NCBI GenBank assembly: GCA_905182345.1
Contig: CAJJBG010000018.1
Location: 6,288-70,287, forward strand
Length of the DNA: 64,000 bases
From: Pelagibacteraceae bacterium AG-422-B15
GTDB taxonomy: Bacteria; Pseudomonadota; Alphaproteobacteria; Pelagibacterales; AG-422-B15
Direction of reading: 5' to 3'
The notes under the pieces are model-generated. The model saw only the letters and a program-made list of their open reading frames with translations. It was not told the DNA's origin and made no database searches. The stretch's first letter is position 1. Each line of letters opens with the position of its first letter. Below are positions 30,413 to 40,364 of the stretch, in pieces. A program made the position numbers and the translations under genes.

Positions 30413-31130
30413 AGTTGCTTTAATTATTGGTGCTGGAGATAACTTAGGCAGTGCTATAGCAAAGTGTTTTGCCGAAAATAGTTATACTGTTGTAGCAGCA
30501 AGACGTGATGGCAGTAAATTAGAAGTTTTAAAAAAAAATATTGAAGATAGTGGTGGAATTTTTTATGGCTATTCATTAGATGCAAGAAAAGAGGGTGATT
30601 TAATTGAATTTATAAAAAAAATTGAAAATGACATTGGTTCTATAGAGGTAGCAATTTATAATGTTGGTGGAAATATAAAATTTGATATTACCAAAACAAC
30701 TTCTAAAAAATATTACAAAACATGGGAAATGGCTACTTTTGGTGCTTTTTTAATGGGAAGAGAAGTTGCTAAATATATGCTTCCAAAAAAAAGAGGTACA
30801 ATAATCTTTACTGGCGCAACAGCGAGTCTCAGGGGAGGCAATGGTTACTCAGCCTTTTCTGGTGCAAAACATGCTAAAAGAGCATTAGCTCAAAGTATGG
30901 CTAGAGAACTAGGGCCACAAGGAATTCATGTTGCACATATCATAATAGATGGTGCAATAGATACGCCCTGGATTAAAGAGTTGTTTTCTGATTTCTATAA
31001 AGAGAAAAAAGAGCTTGATGGTTTAATGAATCCATCAGATATTGCAAAAAACTATTTGTGGCTACATCAACAGCCACGTAATGCTTGGACACATGAAATG
31101 GATTTAAGACCTTGGATAGAAAAATGGTAA
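30402..31130 (+). CDS. Short-chain dehydrogenase/reductase (SDR), substrate unknown
   Basis: 242 aa. Rossmann IIGAGDNLGSAIA and catalytic YSAFSGAKHAK (YxxxK). 11-nt overlap with nth. Confidence 0.85.
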   Translation: MENKVALIIGAGDNLGSAIAKCFAENSYTVVAARRDGSKLEVLKKNIEDSGGIFYGYSLDARKEGDLIEFIKKIENDIGSIEVAIYNVGGNIKFDITKTTSKKYYKTWEMATFGAFLMGREVAKYMLPKKRGTIIFTGATASLRGGNGYSAFSGAKHAKRALAQSMARELGPQGIHVAHIIIDGAIDTPWIKELFSDFYKEKKELDGLMNPSDIAKNYLWLHQQPRNAWTHEMDLRPWIEKW

Positions 31131-32095
31131 TACAAAAAATAAACTCTAATAAAGATTATGATGTAGTTGGTGTTGGCAATGCCATTGTTGATCTAATAAG
31201 TGAGGTAGATGAAAATTATTTAAAAGAAAATAATATTATAAAAGGTACCATGTCTTTAGTTGAGTATGATGTTGCCAATAAAATTAGTAATGAAATTAAG
31301 ATTACTAAAACTATTTCCGGTGGCTCTGTTGCTAATTCAATTGTTTGTATGTCACAACAAGGTCTTAGAGTGGCATTCATTGGTAAAGTAAATAATGATA
31401 AATTGGGAATAGAATTTGCTGCAGGTTTAAAAAAGGAAAAAGTGGGCTTTAAAATTACCAAAACATCAATTGATAAACATACAGCACGATGTGCTATATT
31501 AGTTACTTCTGATGCAGAAAGAACAATGAATACTTATCTTGGAATATCTCAAGAGTTAAGTGAAAAAGATATTGATACAAATCTAATAAAAAATTCATCT
31601 ATTATATATTTAGAAGGATACCTATGGGATTTAGAAAATGCACAAAAGGCAATACAGAAATCTATCATTGCAGCAAAAGAGTCTCAAACAATGGTCGCAT
31701 TTAGCATTTCAGATGCTTTTTGTGTAAGTCGTTTTAGAAATAAGTTTTTAGATTTGATAAATAATTCAGCAGATATTATCTTTGCTAATGAAGCAGAGAT
31801 AAAAAGTCTTTATGAGACAGATGACATAAATAATGCCATACAAAAATGTCAGAAAACAAAAAAAATATTTGCCATAACTCTTGGTAATAAAGGTGCAAAA
31901 GTTATTTATAAATCTGAAGTTATTGATACTGAGCCAGAAATGATTTCGAATTTAGTTGATACAACTGGTGCTGGGGACTTATTTGCTGCTGGCTTTCTTA
32001 GTGAATACATAAGATCTCAAAACTTAAGGTCATGTGGAAAAGAAGGAGTTAGATTAGCTTCTTTGATAATTCAAAAATTTGGTGCTAGGCTTTAG
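31112..32095 (+). CDS. PfkB-family carbohydrate/nucleoside kinase (adenosine-kinase-like)
   Basis: 327 aa. N-terminal VVGVGNAIVD and C-terminal DTTGAGDLFAAGFL. The start may be ATG 31124 (MVIQK), giving an ATGGTAA overlap with the SDR stop. Confidence 0.85.
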   Translation: MDRKMVIQKINSNKDYDVVGVGNAIVDLISEVDENYLKENNIIKGTMSLVEYDVANKISNEIKITKTISGGSVANSIVCMSQQGLRVAFIGKVNNDKLGIEFAAGLKKEKVGFKITKTSIDKHTARCAILVTSDAERTMNTYLGISQELSEKDIDTNLIKNSSIIYLEGYLWDLENAQKAIQKSIIAAKESQTMVAFSISDAFCVSRFRNKFLDLINNSADIIFANEAEIKSLYETDDINNAIQKCQKTKKIFAITLGNKGAKVIYKSEVIDTEPEMISNLVDTTGAGDLFAAGFLSEYIRSQNLRSCGKEGVRLASLIIQKFGARL

Positions 32096-33068
32096 TCAAG
32101 ATAATTGACTCAACTTTTTTTATTACCTGCTCTAAAGAAATACTATTTATATCTTCGCTTGCAGAACTATTAGCTGAAATACTATGTATTTTATCCAAAT
32201 GTTTTGGTGTAAATTTTTTGCCATTACTCTTGCCAAAAAGTTTAATTACATGACAAAGATTAGTTGAAAGCATGTGAGAGGTTCCACTATCATTAGTTAT
32301 CACACAATCAAGAAATTTAGTACTTCCCATAACAACCTGAATGCCACTTAATTCATTAAATATATCTTCAGGGTAAATAATTTCTTTGATACTTTTGTTT
32401 AACTTCTGTTTTAATTTTTGTTCCAATGGGCCTAGGAAAAAAACAATTTTATGATTTTTTTTCTGAAAATATTTTGCTAAATTAATATAATTTTCTATAT
32501 TCCATATTTTTTTTTCTAGGCCTGCACCAGGTGCAAAACCGATATATTTAGTGTCATTTAAAAAACATGTACTTAGTTTTTTTTCTAAAAATTCAGGAAT
32601 TTCTATAACAAAATTATTTACTATCTTATTTCCTGTATACAAACTTATGAGCTCTAATAACTCATTAAGATAATATTGTTTAATTCTTTTTTTTTCTTTT
32701 GGTCTAATTGTTGAAAAAAACCAATTTGAACAACTTGATATAAAATGTTTAGTTTTTATCCTTTTTAGAATTAATGTTTCTTTTATTAGTCTTCTTGTAT
32801 CTATTATTAAATCAAAATTTTCTTCTTCTAGAGGATAGTTATTAGAAATTTTTTGCCATGGAAAAAAGTTCAATTCTACATTATCCCAAATTTCATCAAT
32901 GTAGTTTTTAATATAAAAGTTTAATTCTTTTTTATAAACAGTTCCAAGATTACTCATCCAAATTATCTTGTCATTTGGAAACTCTTTTCTCAAATAGTAC
33001 AAAAAAGATATTTTTATAATCCCATCTCCAATTTGGTCAGCACCAGAATAAATTAAAATTTTTTTCAC
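32085..33068 (-). CDS. Glycosyltransferase family 9 (heptosyltransferase-like)
   Basis: 327 aa. GT9-like pattern with the C-terminal VITNDSGTSHM motif. Its 3' end overlaps the pfkB kinase by 11 nt. Confidence 0.72.
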   Translation of the reverse strand: MKKILIYSGADQIGDGIIKISFLYYLRKEFPNDKIIWMSNLGTVYKKELNFYIKNYIDEIWDNVELNFFPWQKISNNYPLEEENFDLIIDTRRLIKETLILKRIKTKHFISSCSNWFFSTIRPKEKKRIKQYYLNELLELISLYTGNKIVNNFVIEIPEFLEKKLSTCFLNDTKYIGFAPGAGLEKKIWNIENYINLAKYFQKKNHKIVFFLGPLEQKLKQKLNKSIKEIIYPEDIFNELSGIQVVMGSTKFLDCVITNDSGTSHMLSTNLCHVIKLFGKSNGKKFTPKHLDKIHSISANSSASEDINSISLEQVIKKVESIILTKA

Positions 33069-33096
33069 ACCAATAAATATATGTTAGTTATTAAAT

Positions 33097-34113
33097 TTAT
33101 TTTTGTGGCTCCTCGCTTATTTTTACAATCATCTTTCCATTGTTCTCTCCTGAGAATAGCATCTTAAGACTTGTAACGGCATTTTCTAGGCCATCAACAA
33201 TGTGATTTTTATGTTGCAGCTTACCTTCTGCCATCCATTTTGACATATCTACAAAGGCTTCTCCAGCTCTCGCTTGATAGTCAAAAACTATAAACCCTTG
33301 AACCCTTAGTCTCTTAACAAGTATATTGATCCAATTACGCGGACCAGGTTGTAGCGTTTCACTGTTATAACCAGAAATTTGACCACAAATACTCATTCTG
33401 CCACCAATATTGAATCTATTAATTACAGCTTCAGAAATTTCACCTCCAACATTATCAAAATACATATCAATTCCATCAGGACAAAGTTCTTTAAGTCGAG
33501 CGTTCAAATTTTCAGTTTTATAATTGATAACACCGTCAACTTTTAAGTCATTTAGTAGCCAATTACATTTTTCTTGAGTCCCAGCAATACCTACAACCTT
33601 GCAACCTTTGATTTTTGCAATTTGAGAAACTATTGAGCCTACGGCACCTGCTGCACCAGAAACAACTAAAGTCTCATTTTCTTTCGGGTTTAATACGTCT
33701 AGTAAACCAAAGTATGCTGTTATTCCAGGCATACCCATAACACTTAAAAATGAAGGCATTGGTAAACCCGTATTAAGAGGAATTACTCTTAGGCCCTTAC
33801 CATCATTGATACAGTATTCCTGCCATCCACCTTGATATTGAATAACATCACCTGATTTAAACTTTTCATTTTTAGAATCTTCAATGATACCTATCGTACC
33901 ACCTCTCATCACATCACCTATTTGCATTGCATCAACATAAGATGCTTTGCCACTCATCCACCCTCTGTTAGCTGGATCTAGAGATAGGTAAATATTTCTA
34001 ATTAAAACTTCACCATCATTTATATTACCTAAGTCTGAATCTTTAAGAATTAAATCATTGTTTTTAATTTCACCTACTGGAAATTCATTTAGTATCCACT
34101 GTTTATTTTGCAT
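33097..34113 (-). CDS. NADP-dependent oxidoreductase, MDR superfamily (alkenal/one reductase, YncB/CurA-like)
   Basis: 338 aa with VSGAAGAVGSIVSQIAKIKGCKVVGIAG and an N-terminal GroES-like domain. Confidence 0.88.
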   Translation of the reverse strand: MQNKQWILNEFPVGEIKNNDLILKDSDLGNINDGEVLIRNIYLSLDPANRGWMSGKASYVDAMQIGDVMRGGTIGIIEDSKNEKFKSGDVIQYQGGWQEYCINDGKGLRVIPLNTGLPMPSFLSVMGMPGITAYFGLLDVLNPKENETLVVSGAAGAVGSIVSQIAKIKGCKVVGIAGTQEKCNWLLNDLKVDGVINYKTENLNARLKELCPDGIDMYFDNVGGEISEAVINRFNIGGRMSICGQISGYNSETLQPGPRNWINILVKRLRVQGFIVFDYQARAGEAFVDMSKWMAEGKLQHKNHIVDGLENAVTSLKMLFSGENNGKMIVKISEEPQK

Positions 34114-34126
34114 TTTTTTCCTTTTT

Positions 34127-34576
34127 TTATTTTTTACTTAATTCATTTACTCTAGCACCTGGCATATTCATTATCACACCTGTTGATGTTGCAGTCACGA
34201 CAATTTTATCACCTTGCATAAGATGTCCTTCTAGAAAAACTAAGTTCTTTCCAGCTTTGACAATGCGTCCAAAACCATAAGCTTTGCCAGGTTTTGTTGG
34301 ATATAAAAAATTAGTTTTAATTTCTACGGTTGGGGGACGTTGAGTAAAATTTGATTTAAATATAAATGCAAGTGCCATGGTGTCATCTATCATTCCAGAT
34401 AATAATCCTCCTTGTACATCACCAGTTGGATTACAGAACTTTTTATCTATATTAAACTCAAACCTGATTGTTCCTGCATCAGTGTTCAATTCTATGCATT
34501 TCATATCATAGAGAGATTGAAAAGTTTCATTTTTGTTATAAAGCTGAATAAGCTCTAAATCTGTAAATTTTTTCAT
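34127..34576 (-). CDS. PaaI-family hotdog-fold thioesterase
   Basis: 149 aa. GDVQGGLLSGMIDDTMA motif typical of PaaI/YbdB-type thioesterases. Confidence 0.8.
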   Translation of the reverse strand: MKKFTDLELIQLYNKNETFQSLYDMKCIELNTDAGTIRFEFNIDKKFCNPTGDVQGGLLSGMIDDTMALAFIFKSNFTQRPPTVEIKTNFLYPTKPGKAYGFGRIVKAGKNLVFLEGHLMQGDKIVVTATSTGVIMNMPGARVNELSKK

Positions 34577-34583
34577 TAGAAAA

Positions 34584-34613
34584 ATAGATGGTTATTTTAT
34601 TTAGAAATTCAAG
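34584..34613 (-). promoter_or_regulatory. Sigma32-like promoter cassette (copy 2) abutting the PaaI-thioesterase ATG
   Basis: Minus strand reads CTTGAA-TTTCTAAATAAAATAA-CCATCTAT, then 7 nt, then the ATG at 34576. The cassette is 29/32 identical to the hslV upstream cassette. Confidence 0.5.
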
Positions 34614-34639
34614 CCATTGTAGTAGAATAAGTTTCTATA

Positions 34640-35023
34640 TTAAGATTTTTCTGGAATTAACATTGGACCTAATTTACGACCTGCTAAAAGATGTATGTGT
34701 AGATGAGGTACTTCTTGATGTGAGTCACTCCCAGCATTAGAAATTAGTCGATACCCTTTGCCACCTGATTCTTCGCTTAATTTCAACTGATCTGCAATAA
34801 TAGAGATTGCTCTATTAAAGCCAATAAGTTCTTCATTATTAGCATTTTTACTAAAATCATTTATATCTTTATATGGCCCTTTTGGAATAACAAGAATGTG
34901 TGATGGTGCTTGTGGGCTTATGTCTTTAAATGATAAAACATAGTCATCTTCATAAATTTTATCACAAGGTATTTCACCTCGCAAAATCTTTGCAAATATA
35001 TTTTGATTGTCGTAAGAACTCAT
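34640..35023 (-). CDS. HIT-family nucleotide hydrolase (HinT-like)
   Basis: 127 aa with the histidine triad HLHIHLLAG. Confidence 0.92.
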   Translation of the reverse strand: MSSYDNQNIFAKILRGEIPCDKIYEDDYVLSFKDISPQAPSHILVIPKGPYKDINDFSKNANNEELIGFNRAISIIADQLKLSEESGGKGYRLISNAGSDSHQEVPHLHIHLLAGRKLGPMLIPEKS

Positions 35024-35328
35024 TTTCTAATGCCTGTTTTTCCTTCCCGATTTTCTAGTTCAGAATAAATTTGATCAGGTGTTAAGTTAAATTTTTTCCA
35101 CATTACTAGTAAGTGATATATTAAGTCGGCGGACTCATAAATAATTTGACTAATATCTTCTTGTTCAGCAGCCTCAACTGTTTCTAGGGCTTCTTCTCTT
35201 ACTTTAGCAATGCACTTTTCTTTTCCATCAGATAATAACTGTGCAGTATAAGAGGTGCTCGGATCATCATTTGATCTTTTTTCAATTGTTTCAAATAAAC
35301 GAATTAAAACACTCACTTTATTTTCCAT
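35020..35328 (-). CDS. hisE: Phosphoribosyl-ATP pyrophosphatase
   Basis: 102 aa. MazG-like helical pattern (SYTAQLL..G..KCIAKVREEALETVEAA). Located downstream of hisF. Confidence 0.9.
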   Translation of the reverse strand: MENKVSVLIRLFETIEKRSNDDPSTSYTAQLLSDGKEKCIAKVREEALETVEAAEQEDISQIIYESADLIYHLLVMWKKFNLTPDQIYSELENREGKTGIRK

Positions 35329-35330
35329 TA

Positions 35331-35615
35331 TTAAGTGCCTTCAACAATTGTTAAAATTCTATCTTTTGCCTCACCAAGAATACTTTTTGCGAGACTATAT
35401 TCTTCACTTAAATACGCGTCTTGAGCAATTTGATATGAAGGAAATTCAACAACAACGTTGCGTTCATGTTCTACGCCTTCTTTAGTTATATTTTGGCCAC
35501 CTCTCACAAGATATCTGCCACCATATTTTTCTACTGCAATTGCAGCAAGTGGGGCATACTTACTTTGCTTTTCAGCATCAACAGTATTAGCTTTAACAAT
35601 CCAATAACCTTTCAT
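35331..35615 (-). CDS. DUF1330-domain protein
   Basis: 94 aa. YGGRYLVRGG...VVVEFPSYQIAQDAY pattern typical of DUF1330. Lies between hisF and hisE. Confidence 0.8.
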   Translation of the reverse strand: MKGYWIVKANTVDAEKQSKYAPLAAIAVEKYGGRYLVRGGQNITKEGVEHERNVVVEFPSYQIAQDAYLSEEYSLAKSILGEAKDRILTIVEGT

Positions 35616-35617
35616 AA

Positions 35618-36376
35618 TTAAATTCTAACTGGTATATTTTTATCAGCAAGATATCTTTTGACATCTTTTATTTTAAATTCACCAAAGTGAAAGACTGAAG
35701 CCGCAAGAACACTGCTTGCACCTCCCTCAATTATTCCTTCGGCAAAATGTTCTAAAGTTCCAACCCCACCAGATGCAATGACTGGTACGTTAAGTTTTGA
35801 AGTAATATTTTTTAACAAATTAATATCAAATCCAGATTTGGTACCATCTTTATCCATTGATGTTAAAAGTATTTCACCTGCACCTAAACTTTCAACTTCT
35901 TGGCAATAATCAATCACGTTTATACCAGTTGCATTTCTACCACCATGCGTAAATACCTCCCATGTATTGTCGGTTGTTTTTTTTGCATCTACAGCAATAA
36001 CAATTGTAGAAGTTCCATATTTTTCTGCAGCTTCACTAACAAACTTTCTATTAGTCACAGCTGCAGTATTAATAGAGACCTTATCTGCCCCAGCATGAAG
36101 TAGGTTTTTAATGTCGCCTATAACTCTAACGCCCCCACCTACAGTTAATGGAATAAAGCAGTTTTCTGCTGTTTTTTGTACATTATCCAGTAACATCTGC
36201 CTGTTATCACTTGAAGCTGTAATATCTAAAAAACATAATTCGTCTGCACCTTCTGCGCCATACAATTTGGCCTGTTCTACTGGGTCACCAGCATCTACTA
36301 AATCTATAAAATTTACACCTTTTACAACTCTTCCGTTGTTTACATCCAAGCATGGTATAATTCTTTTTTTTAACAT
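35618..36376 (-). CDS. hisF: Imidazole glycerol phosphate synthase cyclase subunit
   Basis: 252 aa with [17 protein letters not shown] and VIASGGVG. Confidence 0.97.
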   Translation of the reverse strand: MLKKRIIPCLDVNNGRVVKGVNFIDLVDAGDPVEQAKLYGAEGADELCFLDITASSDNRQMLLDNVQKTAENCFIPLTVGGGVRVIGDIKNLLHAGADKVSINTAAVTNRKFVSEAAEKYGTSTIVIAVDAKKTTDNTWEVFTHGGRNATGINVIDYCQEVESLGAGEILLTSMDKDGTKSGFDINLLKNITSKLNVPVIASGGVGTLEHFAEGIIEGGASSVLAASVFHFGEFKIKDVKRYLADKNIPVRI

Positions 36377-37101
36377 TATTTTCTTAACACTCTTAATGCA
36401 TCCACTATTTCAAACTCTTGATCATAAATAGCTTTACCAGTTATGACACCTTTCAGATTTGAATAATTTTTATTTTTTAAATTAATCAAGTCATCAATTC
36501 TTGCAACTCCTCCAGAAGCCACACATGGTGCTTTTGATAGTAACATTACATTTTCTAGCATCTCAATATTTATTCCTTTTTTCATTCCATCGCGCATAAC
36601 ATCTGTACAAATTACAGAATTTAAAGGTAGTGTGTTTAAATTAGAAAAAAGATCTTCAATATTTAAATCAATTTGTTTTACCCAACCCTTAGTAGAAACT
36701 TTATTGTTTTTAATATCAAGCGCCAAAGAAATTTGATTTGGATATTTAATAATTAAATCTGTAAATAATTTTGTATTTTCAAATGCTGAAGTTCCCATAA
36801 TTACATTAGATACACCAAGGTCTAAGACATGCTTAACTTTTTCTTCGTCTCTTACACCTCCACCAAATTGAATTTTTAAATTAGTTTGTTTTGCTATTTC
36901 ATTAATAAAACTTAAATTTTTAGAAACTCCATCAAAGGCACCATCTAGGTCTATACAATGTAACCATTCTATGCCTTGTTCTTCAAAAAATTTTGCCTGA
37001 TTTAAGGGATTTGAATTATACAAAGTTACTCGCTCTGCGTCCCCTTGGGATAGTCTAACACATTGTCCATCTTTTAAATCTATAGCAGGAAATAAAATCA
37101 T
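36376..37101 (-). CDS. hisA: ProFAR isomerase
   Basis: 241 aa with [16 protein letters not shown] and VASGGV. Confidence 0.95.
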   Translation of the reverse strand: MILFPAIDLKDGQCVRLSQGDAERVTLYNSNPLNQAKFFEEQGIEWLHCIDLDGAFDGVSKNLSFINEIAKQTNLKIQFGGGVRDEEKVKHVLDLGVSNVIMGTSAFENTKLFTDLIIKYPNQISLALDIKNNKVSTKGWVKQIDLNIEDLFSNLNTLPLNSVICTDVMRDGMKKGINIEMLENVMLLSKAPCVASGGVARIDDLINLKNKNYSNLKGVITGKAIYDQEFEIVDALRVLRK

Positions 37102-37104
37102 AAC

Positions 37105-37731
37105 TTACCAATCAATAAAGTTTTTAATTAATAGCTGTCCATTATTGTGACTTTTTTCTGGATGAAATTGTGTTCCAAAAATATTATCTTTCTGAACTGC
37201 AGCAGTTATTTCTGAAGAATATATTGTACTTGCAACTATATTTTCTTTAGCAGTTTTAAAGTGATAGCTATGAACAAAATAAAAGTCAGAATTATTTGAA
37301 ATTCCCTTAAATAATGGGCTTTCTATAGCATTAACTTCATTCCAACCCATGTGTGGAATTTTATATTCAGGAGAAACTTGAATTTTTTCTACCGAACCAG
37401 GCAACCATCCAAACCCATTACATTCTTGGTTTTCATATCCAATATCTGCTAATAGCTGCATGCCAACACAAATACCCATAAACTTATTTTTTTTATGAAT
37501 AATATTTTCTTGCATTGCATCATAAACACCATCAATTTGTTTAATCGCAGTACTACAGTCTAAAAAAGATCCAACGCCCGGTAAAACAATTTTATCTGCA
37601 TTTTCAATTTTACTTGGGTTATTAGTAACTTCAATATTTGAATTTAAATTAAAATCAAAATTTGCTTTTTCAAAAGCTTTAGCAACGGAATGAAGGTTAC
37701 CATAACCATAGTTTATGATAGCAATTTTCAT
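37105..37731 (-). CDS. hisH: Imidazole glycerol phosphate synthase glutaminase subunit
   Basis: 208 aa with LPGVGSF, GICVGMQLL and QFHPEKS. Confidence 0.95.
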   Translation of the reverse strand: MKIAIINYGYGNLHSVAKAFEKANFDFNLNSNIEVTNNPSKIENADKIVLPGVGSFLDCSTAIKQIDGVYDAMQENIIHKKNKFMGICVGMQLLADIGYENQECNGFGWLPGSVEKIQVSPEYKIPHMGWNEVNAIESPLFKGISNNSDFYFVHSYHFKTAKENIVASTIYSSEITAAVQKDNIFGTQFHPEKSHNNGQLLIKNFIDW

Positions 37732-37787
37732 TATATTATATTTATTAATTGATTTATATTTTTAAGATAATTAAAAACTTCTATCAC

Positions 37788-38387
37788 CTATAGTTGACCC
37801 TTTGTAGAGGGTATGCTGTTCGCTTCTCTTTCATCAATTGCTACTGCTTTTCTTAAGCTTCTAGCTAATGCTTTAAAACACGACTCAATAATATGGTGGT
37901 TATTTTCACCATATATATTTTCAACATGCAGGGTTGTTCCACTTGCCTGTGCAAATGCTTGAAACCACTCCTTGAATAATTCGGTATCAAAGTCACCTTG
38001 AGATGATGTAATTTTTGGTATTGTAAATTTTACTTTCCAAATTAAATATGGACGATTAGACAAATCAAGTGCAACTCTTGATAGTGATTCATCCATTGGA
38101 ATATATGCATTAGCATATCTTACTATTCCTTTGCGTTCCCCAAGTGCTTTTGCCACACACTCACCGATGGCTATTCCCGAATCTTCTGTTGTGTGATGAT
38201 AATCAATATGTAAATCACCTTTGGCCTGTACATTAATATCAATTAAAGAATGCTTTGAAAGCTGCTCAAGCATATGATCTAAAAATCCTATGCCGGTGGA
38301 AATATTTGATTTTCCTGTACCATCAATATTAATATCAACAACTATTGAAGTTTCTTTTGTTGTTCTTTCAGATGAGGCTTTACGCAT
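37788..38387 (-). CDS. hisB: Imidazoleglycerol-phosphate dehydratase
   Basis: Conserved start [16 protein letters not shown], plus the [12 protein letters not shown] and NNHHIIES metal motifs. Start placed at MRKASSER (38387); the track ORF extends 12 codons further to 38423. Confidence 0.93.
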   Translation of the reverse strand: MRKASSERTTKETSIVVDINIDGTGKSNISTGIGFLDHMLEQLSKHSLIDINVQAKGDLHIDYHHTTEDSGIAIGECVAKALGERKGIVRYANAYIPMDESLSRVALDLSNRPYLIWKVKFTIPKITSSQGDFDTELFKEWFQAFAQASGTTLHVENIYGENNHHIIESCFKALARSLRKAVAIDEREANSIPSTKGQL

Positions 38388-38472
38388 AATAAATATATTA
38401 TAGTTTCTAGGGATTATTATCAATTATTGGTCTTTTTTACTAGATGTAATTATCTATTTTTAACAAAAATGA

Positions 38473-38502
38473 CTTGAAGTTCTAAATAAAATAACCACAT
38501 AT
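38473..38502 (+). promoter_or_regulatory. Sigma32-like promoter cassette (copy 1) abutting the hslV ATG
   Basis: CTTGAA-GTTCTAAATAAAATAA-CCACATAT matches CTTGAA-N13-17-CCCCATNT. The -10 ends 8 nt before the ATG at 38511 and there is no SD. hslVU is a classical heat-shock operon. Confidence 0.5.
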
Positions 38503-38510
38503 TTCTTATT

Positions 38511-39062
38511 ATGAATGATAAAAATAATGCATCTTGGCGGGGTACAACCATTATAGCCGTCCGAAAAGGTAATCAGGTAGTAATTGCAGGAGATGGTCAA
38601 GTCAGTCTTGGAGACACCGTAATAAAGGCTAATGCTCAAAAAGTTAGAAGAATTGGTGATGGTAGTGTAATTGCTGGTTTTGCTGGTGCAACTGCAGATG
38701 CATTTACATTATTTGAGCGGCTAGAAGCTAAGCTTGAAAAACATCCCAAACAACTAACGCGCGCGGCAGTTGAACTAGCTAAAGACTGGCGTACTGATAG
38801 ATATTTAAGAAGACTAGAGGCTTTGCTGACAGTAGCAGATGCCAATGTTAGTTTACTAATTACTGGACAAGGTGATGTTCTTGAGCCTGAAAATAATTTA
38901 ATTGGGATTGGATCAGGTGGGAATTATGCACTTTCTGCAGCACGAGCTTTAATTGATACCGACTTAACAGCCGAAGAGGTTGCTAGAAAATCAATTAAGA
39001 TTGCTTCTGATATTTGTGTTTATACAAATAATAATATTACCTTAGAAAAAATAGATATTTAA
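38511..39062 (+). CDS. hslV: ATP-dependent protease subunit HslV
   Basis: 183 aa. [10 protein letters not shown] catalytic-Thr region after a short alphaproteobacterial-type N-extension. Confidence 0.97.
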   Translation: MNDKNNASWRGTTIIAVRKGNQVVIAGDGQVSLGDTVIKANAQKVRRIGDGSVIAGFAGATADAFTLFERLEAKLEKHPKQLTRAAVELAKDWRTDRYLRRLEALLTVADANVSLLITGQGDVLEPENNLIGIGSGGNYALSAARALIDTDLTAEEVARKSIKIASDICVYTNNNITLEKIDI

Positions 39063-40358
39063 ATGCAAGCATTTTCTCCTCGTGAAATAGTGTCTGAGTT
39101 AGACCGTTACATTATTGGTCAAGATGCTGCTAAAAAAGCTGTCGCGATTGCACTAAGAAATCGATGGCGAAGACAACAGCTTGAAGGAGACATTAAAGAT
39201 GAAATACTACCTAAGAATATTTTAATGGTTGGCCCTACAGGAGTTGGAAAAACAGAAATAGCAAGGCGTCTATCTAAATTAGCTCAAGCACCCTTTATAA
39301 AAGTTGAAGCAACAAAATTTACTGAAGTTGGTTATGTCGGTAGAGACGTTGAACAGATTATTCGTGACTTAATCGAAATTGCCATAACAATGATTAAGCA
39401 AACAAAAAGGAAGGAAGTTAAAGCTAAAGCACAATTAGCTGCGGAAGAAAGGGTTTTAGATTGTCTAGTTGGACCTGGAGCTGGATCAACAACACGAGAA
39501 AGCTTTAGAAAGAAATTAAGAAATAAAGAACTTGATGATAAAGAAATTGAAATTGATATTCAAGATACAAGCTCACCTACAATTGACTTACAAGGTGGTG
39601 GTGGCATAGGCATGATTAACCTAAGTGATATGCTTGGTAAAGCCATGGGAGGTAAGACAAAAAAGAAGAAGATAAAAGTTTCTGATTCTTATGAGGTTTT
39701 AGTTAACGATGAGTCTGACAAATTAATTGACCACGATCAAATTATTTCTGAAGCAAAACAGGGAGTTGAAGATAACGGTATCGTTTTTATAGATGAAATT
39801 GATAAAGTTTGTGCTAGATCAGAAAGATCTGGTGGGGATGTTTCTAGAGAAGGTGTTCAAAGAGATTTACTCCCATTAATTGAAGGGACTGTAGTATCAA
39901 CAAAACATGGTACCATTAAAACAGATCATATTTTGTTTATCGCATCTGGTGCCTTTCAATTAACTAAACCTTCAGATTTACTACCTGAACTTCAAGGTAG
40001 GCTACCTATCCGCGTAGCACTTAATCCTTTAACTCAAGAAGATTTTAAGAGAATTTTGCAAGAGCCAAAGTTTAGCTTAATTAAACAATACGAAGCTTTG
40101 ATGAAAACTGAAGATGTAACAATTAAATTTACTGATGATGGCATTGAGGCATTGGCAACACTGGCTGTATCAATTAACACCACAATTGAAAATATTGGTG
40201 CTCGTCGCTTACATACAATTCTTGAGCGTGTCCTAGAAGAAATAAGCTTTTCTGCATCAGATCGAATGGGACAATCTGTTGTGGTTAACGCGGCTTATGT
40301 TGAAAAAAATACTGGTGAATTATCTAAAGATACCGATTTATCAAAATTTATATTATAA
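39063..40358 (+). CDS. hslU: ATP-dependent protease ATPase subunit HslU
   Basis: 431 aa. Walker [15 protein letters not shown], plus IVFIDEIDK and the C-terminal LSKFIL. Confidence 0.98.
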   Translation: MQAFSPREIVSELDRYIIGQDAAKKAVAIALRNRWRRQQLEGDIKDEILPKNILMVGPTGVGKTEIARRLSKLAQAPFIKVEATKFTEVGYVGRDVEQIIRDLIEIAITMIKQTKRKEVKAKAQLAAEERVLDCLVGPGAGSTTRESFRKKLRNKELDDKEIEIDIQDTSSPTIDLQGGGGIGMINLSDMLGKAMGGKTKKKKIKVSDSYEVLVNDESDKLIDHDQIISEAKQGVEDNGIVFIDEIDKVCARSERSGGDVSREGVQRDLLPLIEGTVVSTKHGTIKTDHILFIASGAFQLTKPSDLLPELQGRLPIRVALNPLTQEDFKRILQEPKFSLIKQYEALMKTEDVTIKFTDDGIEALATLAVSINTTIENIGARRLHTILERVLEEISFSASDRMGQSVVVNAAYVEKNTGELSKDTDLSKFIL

Positions 40359-40364
40359 GACTAT

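Noticed and set aside
38388-38423. 12-codon N-terminal extension of hisB in the ORF track
   Set aside because: The conserved IGPD start (R.TKET.I) follows the internal Met at 38387. The extension, [12 protein letters not shown], looks like translated promoter DNA.
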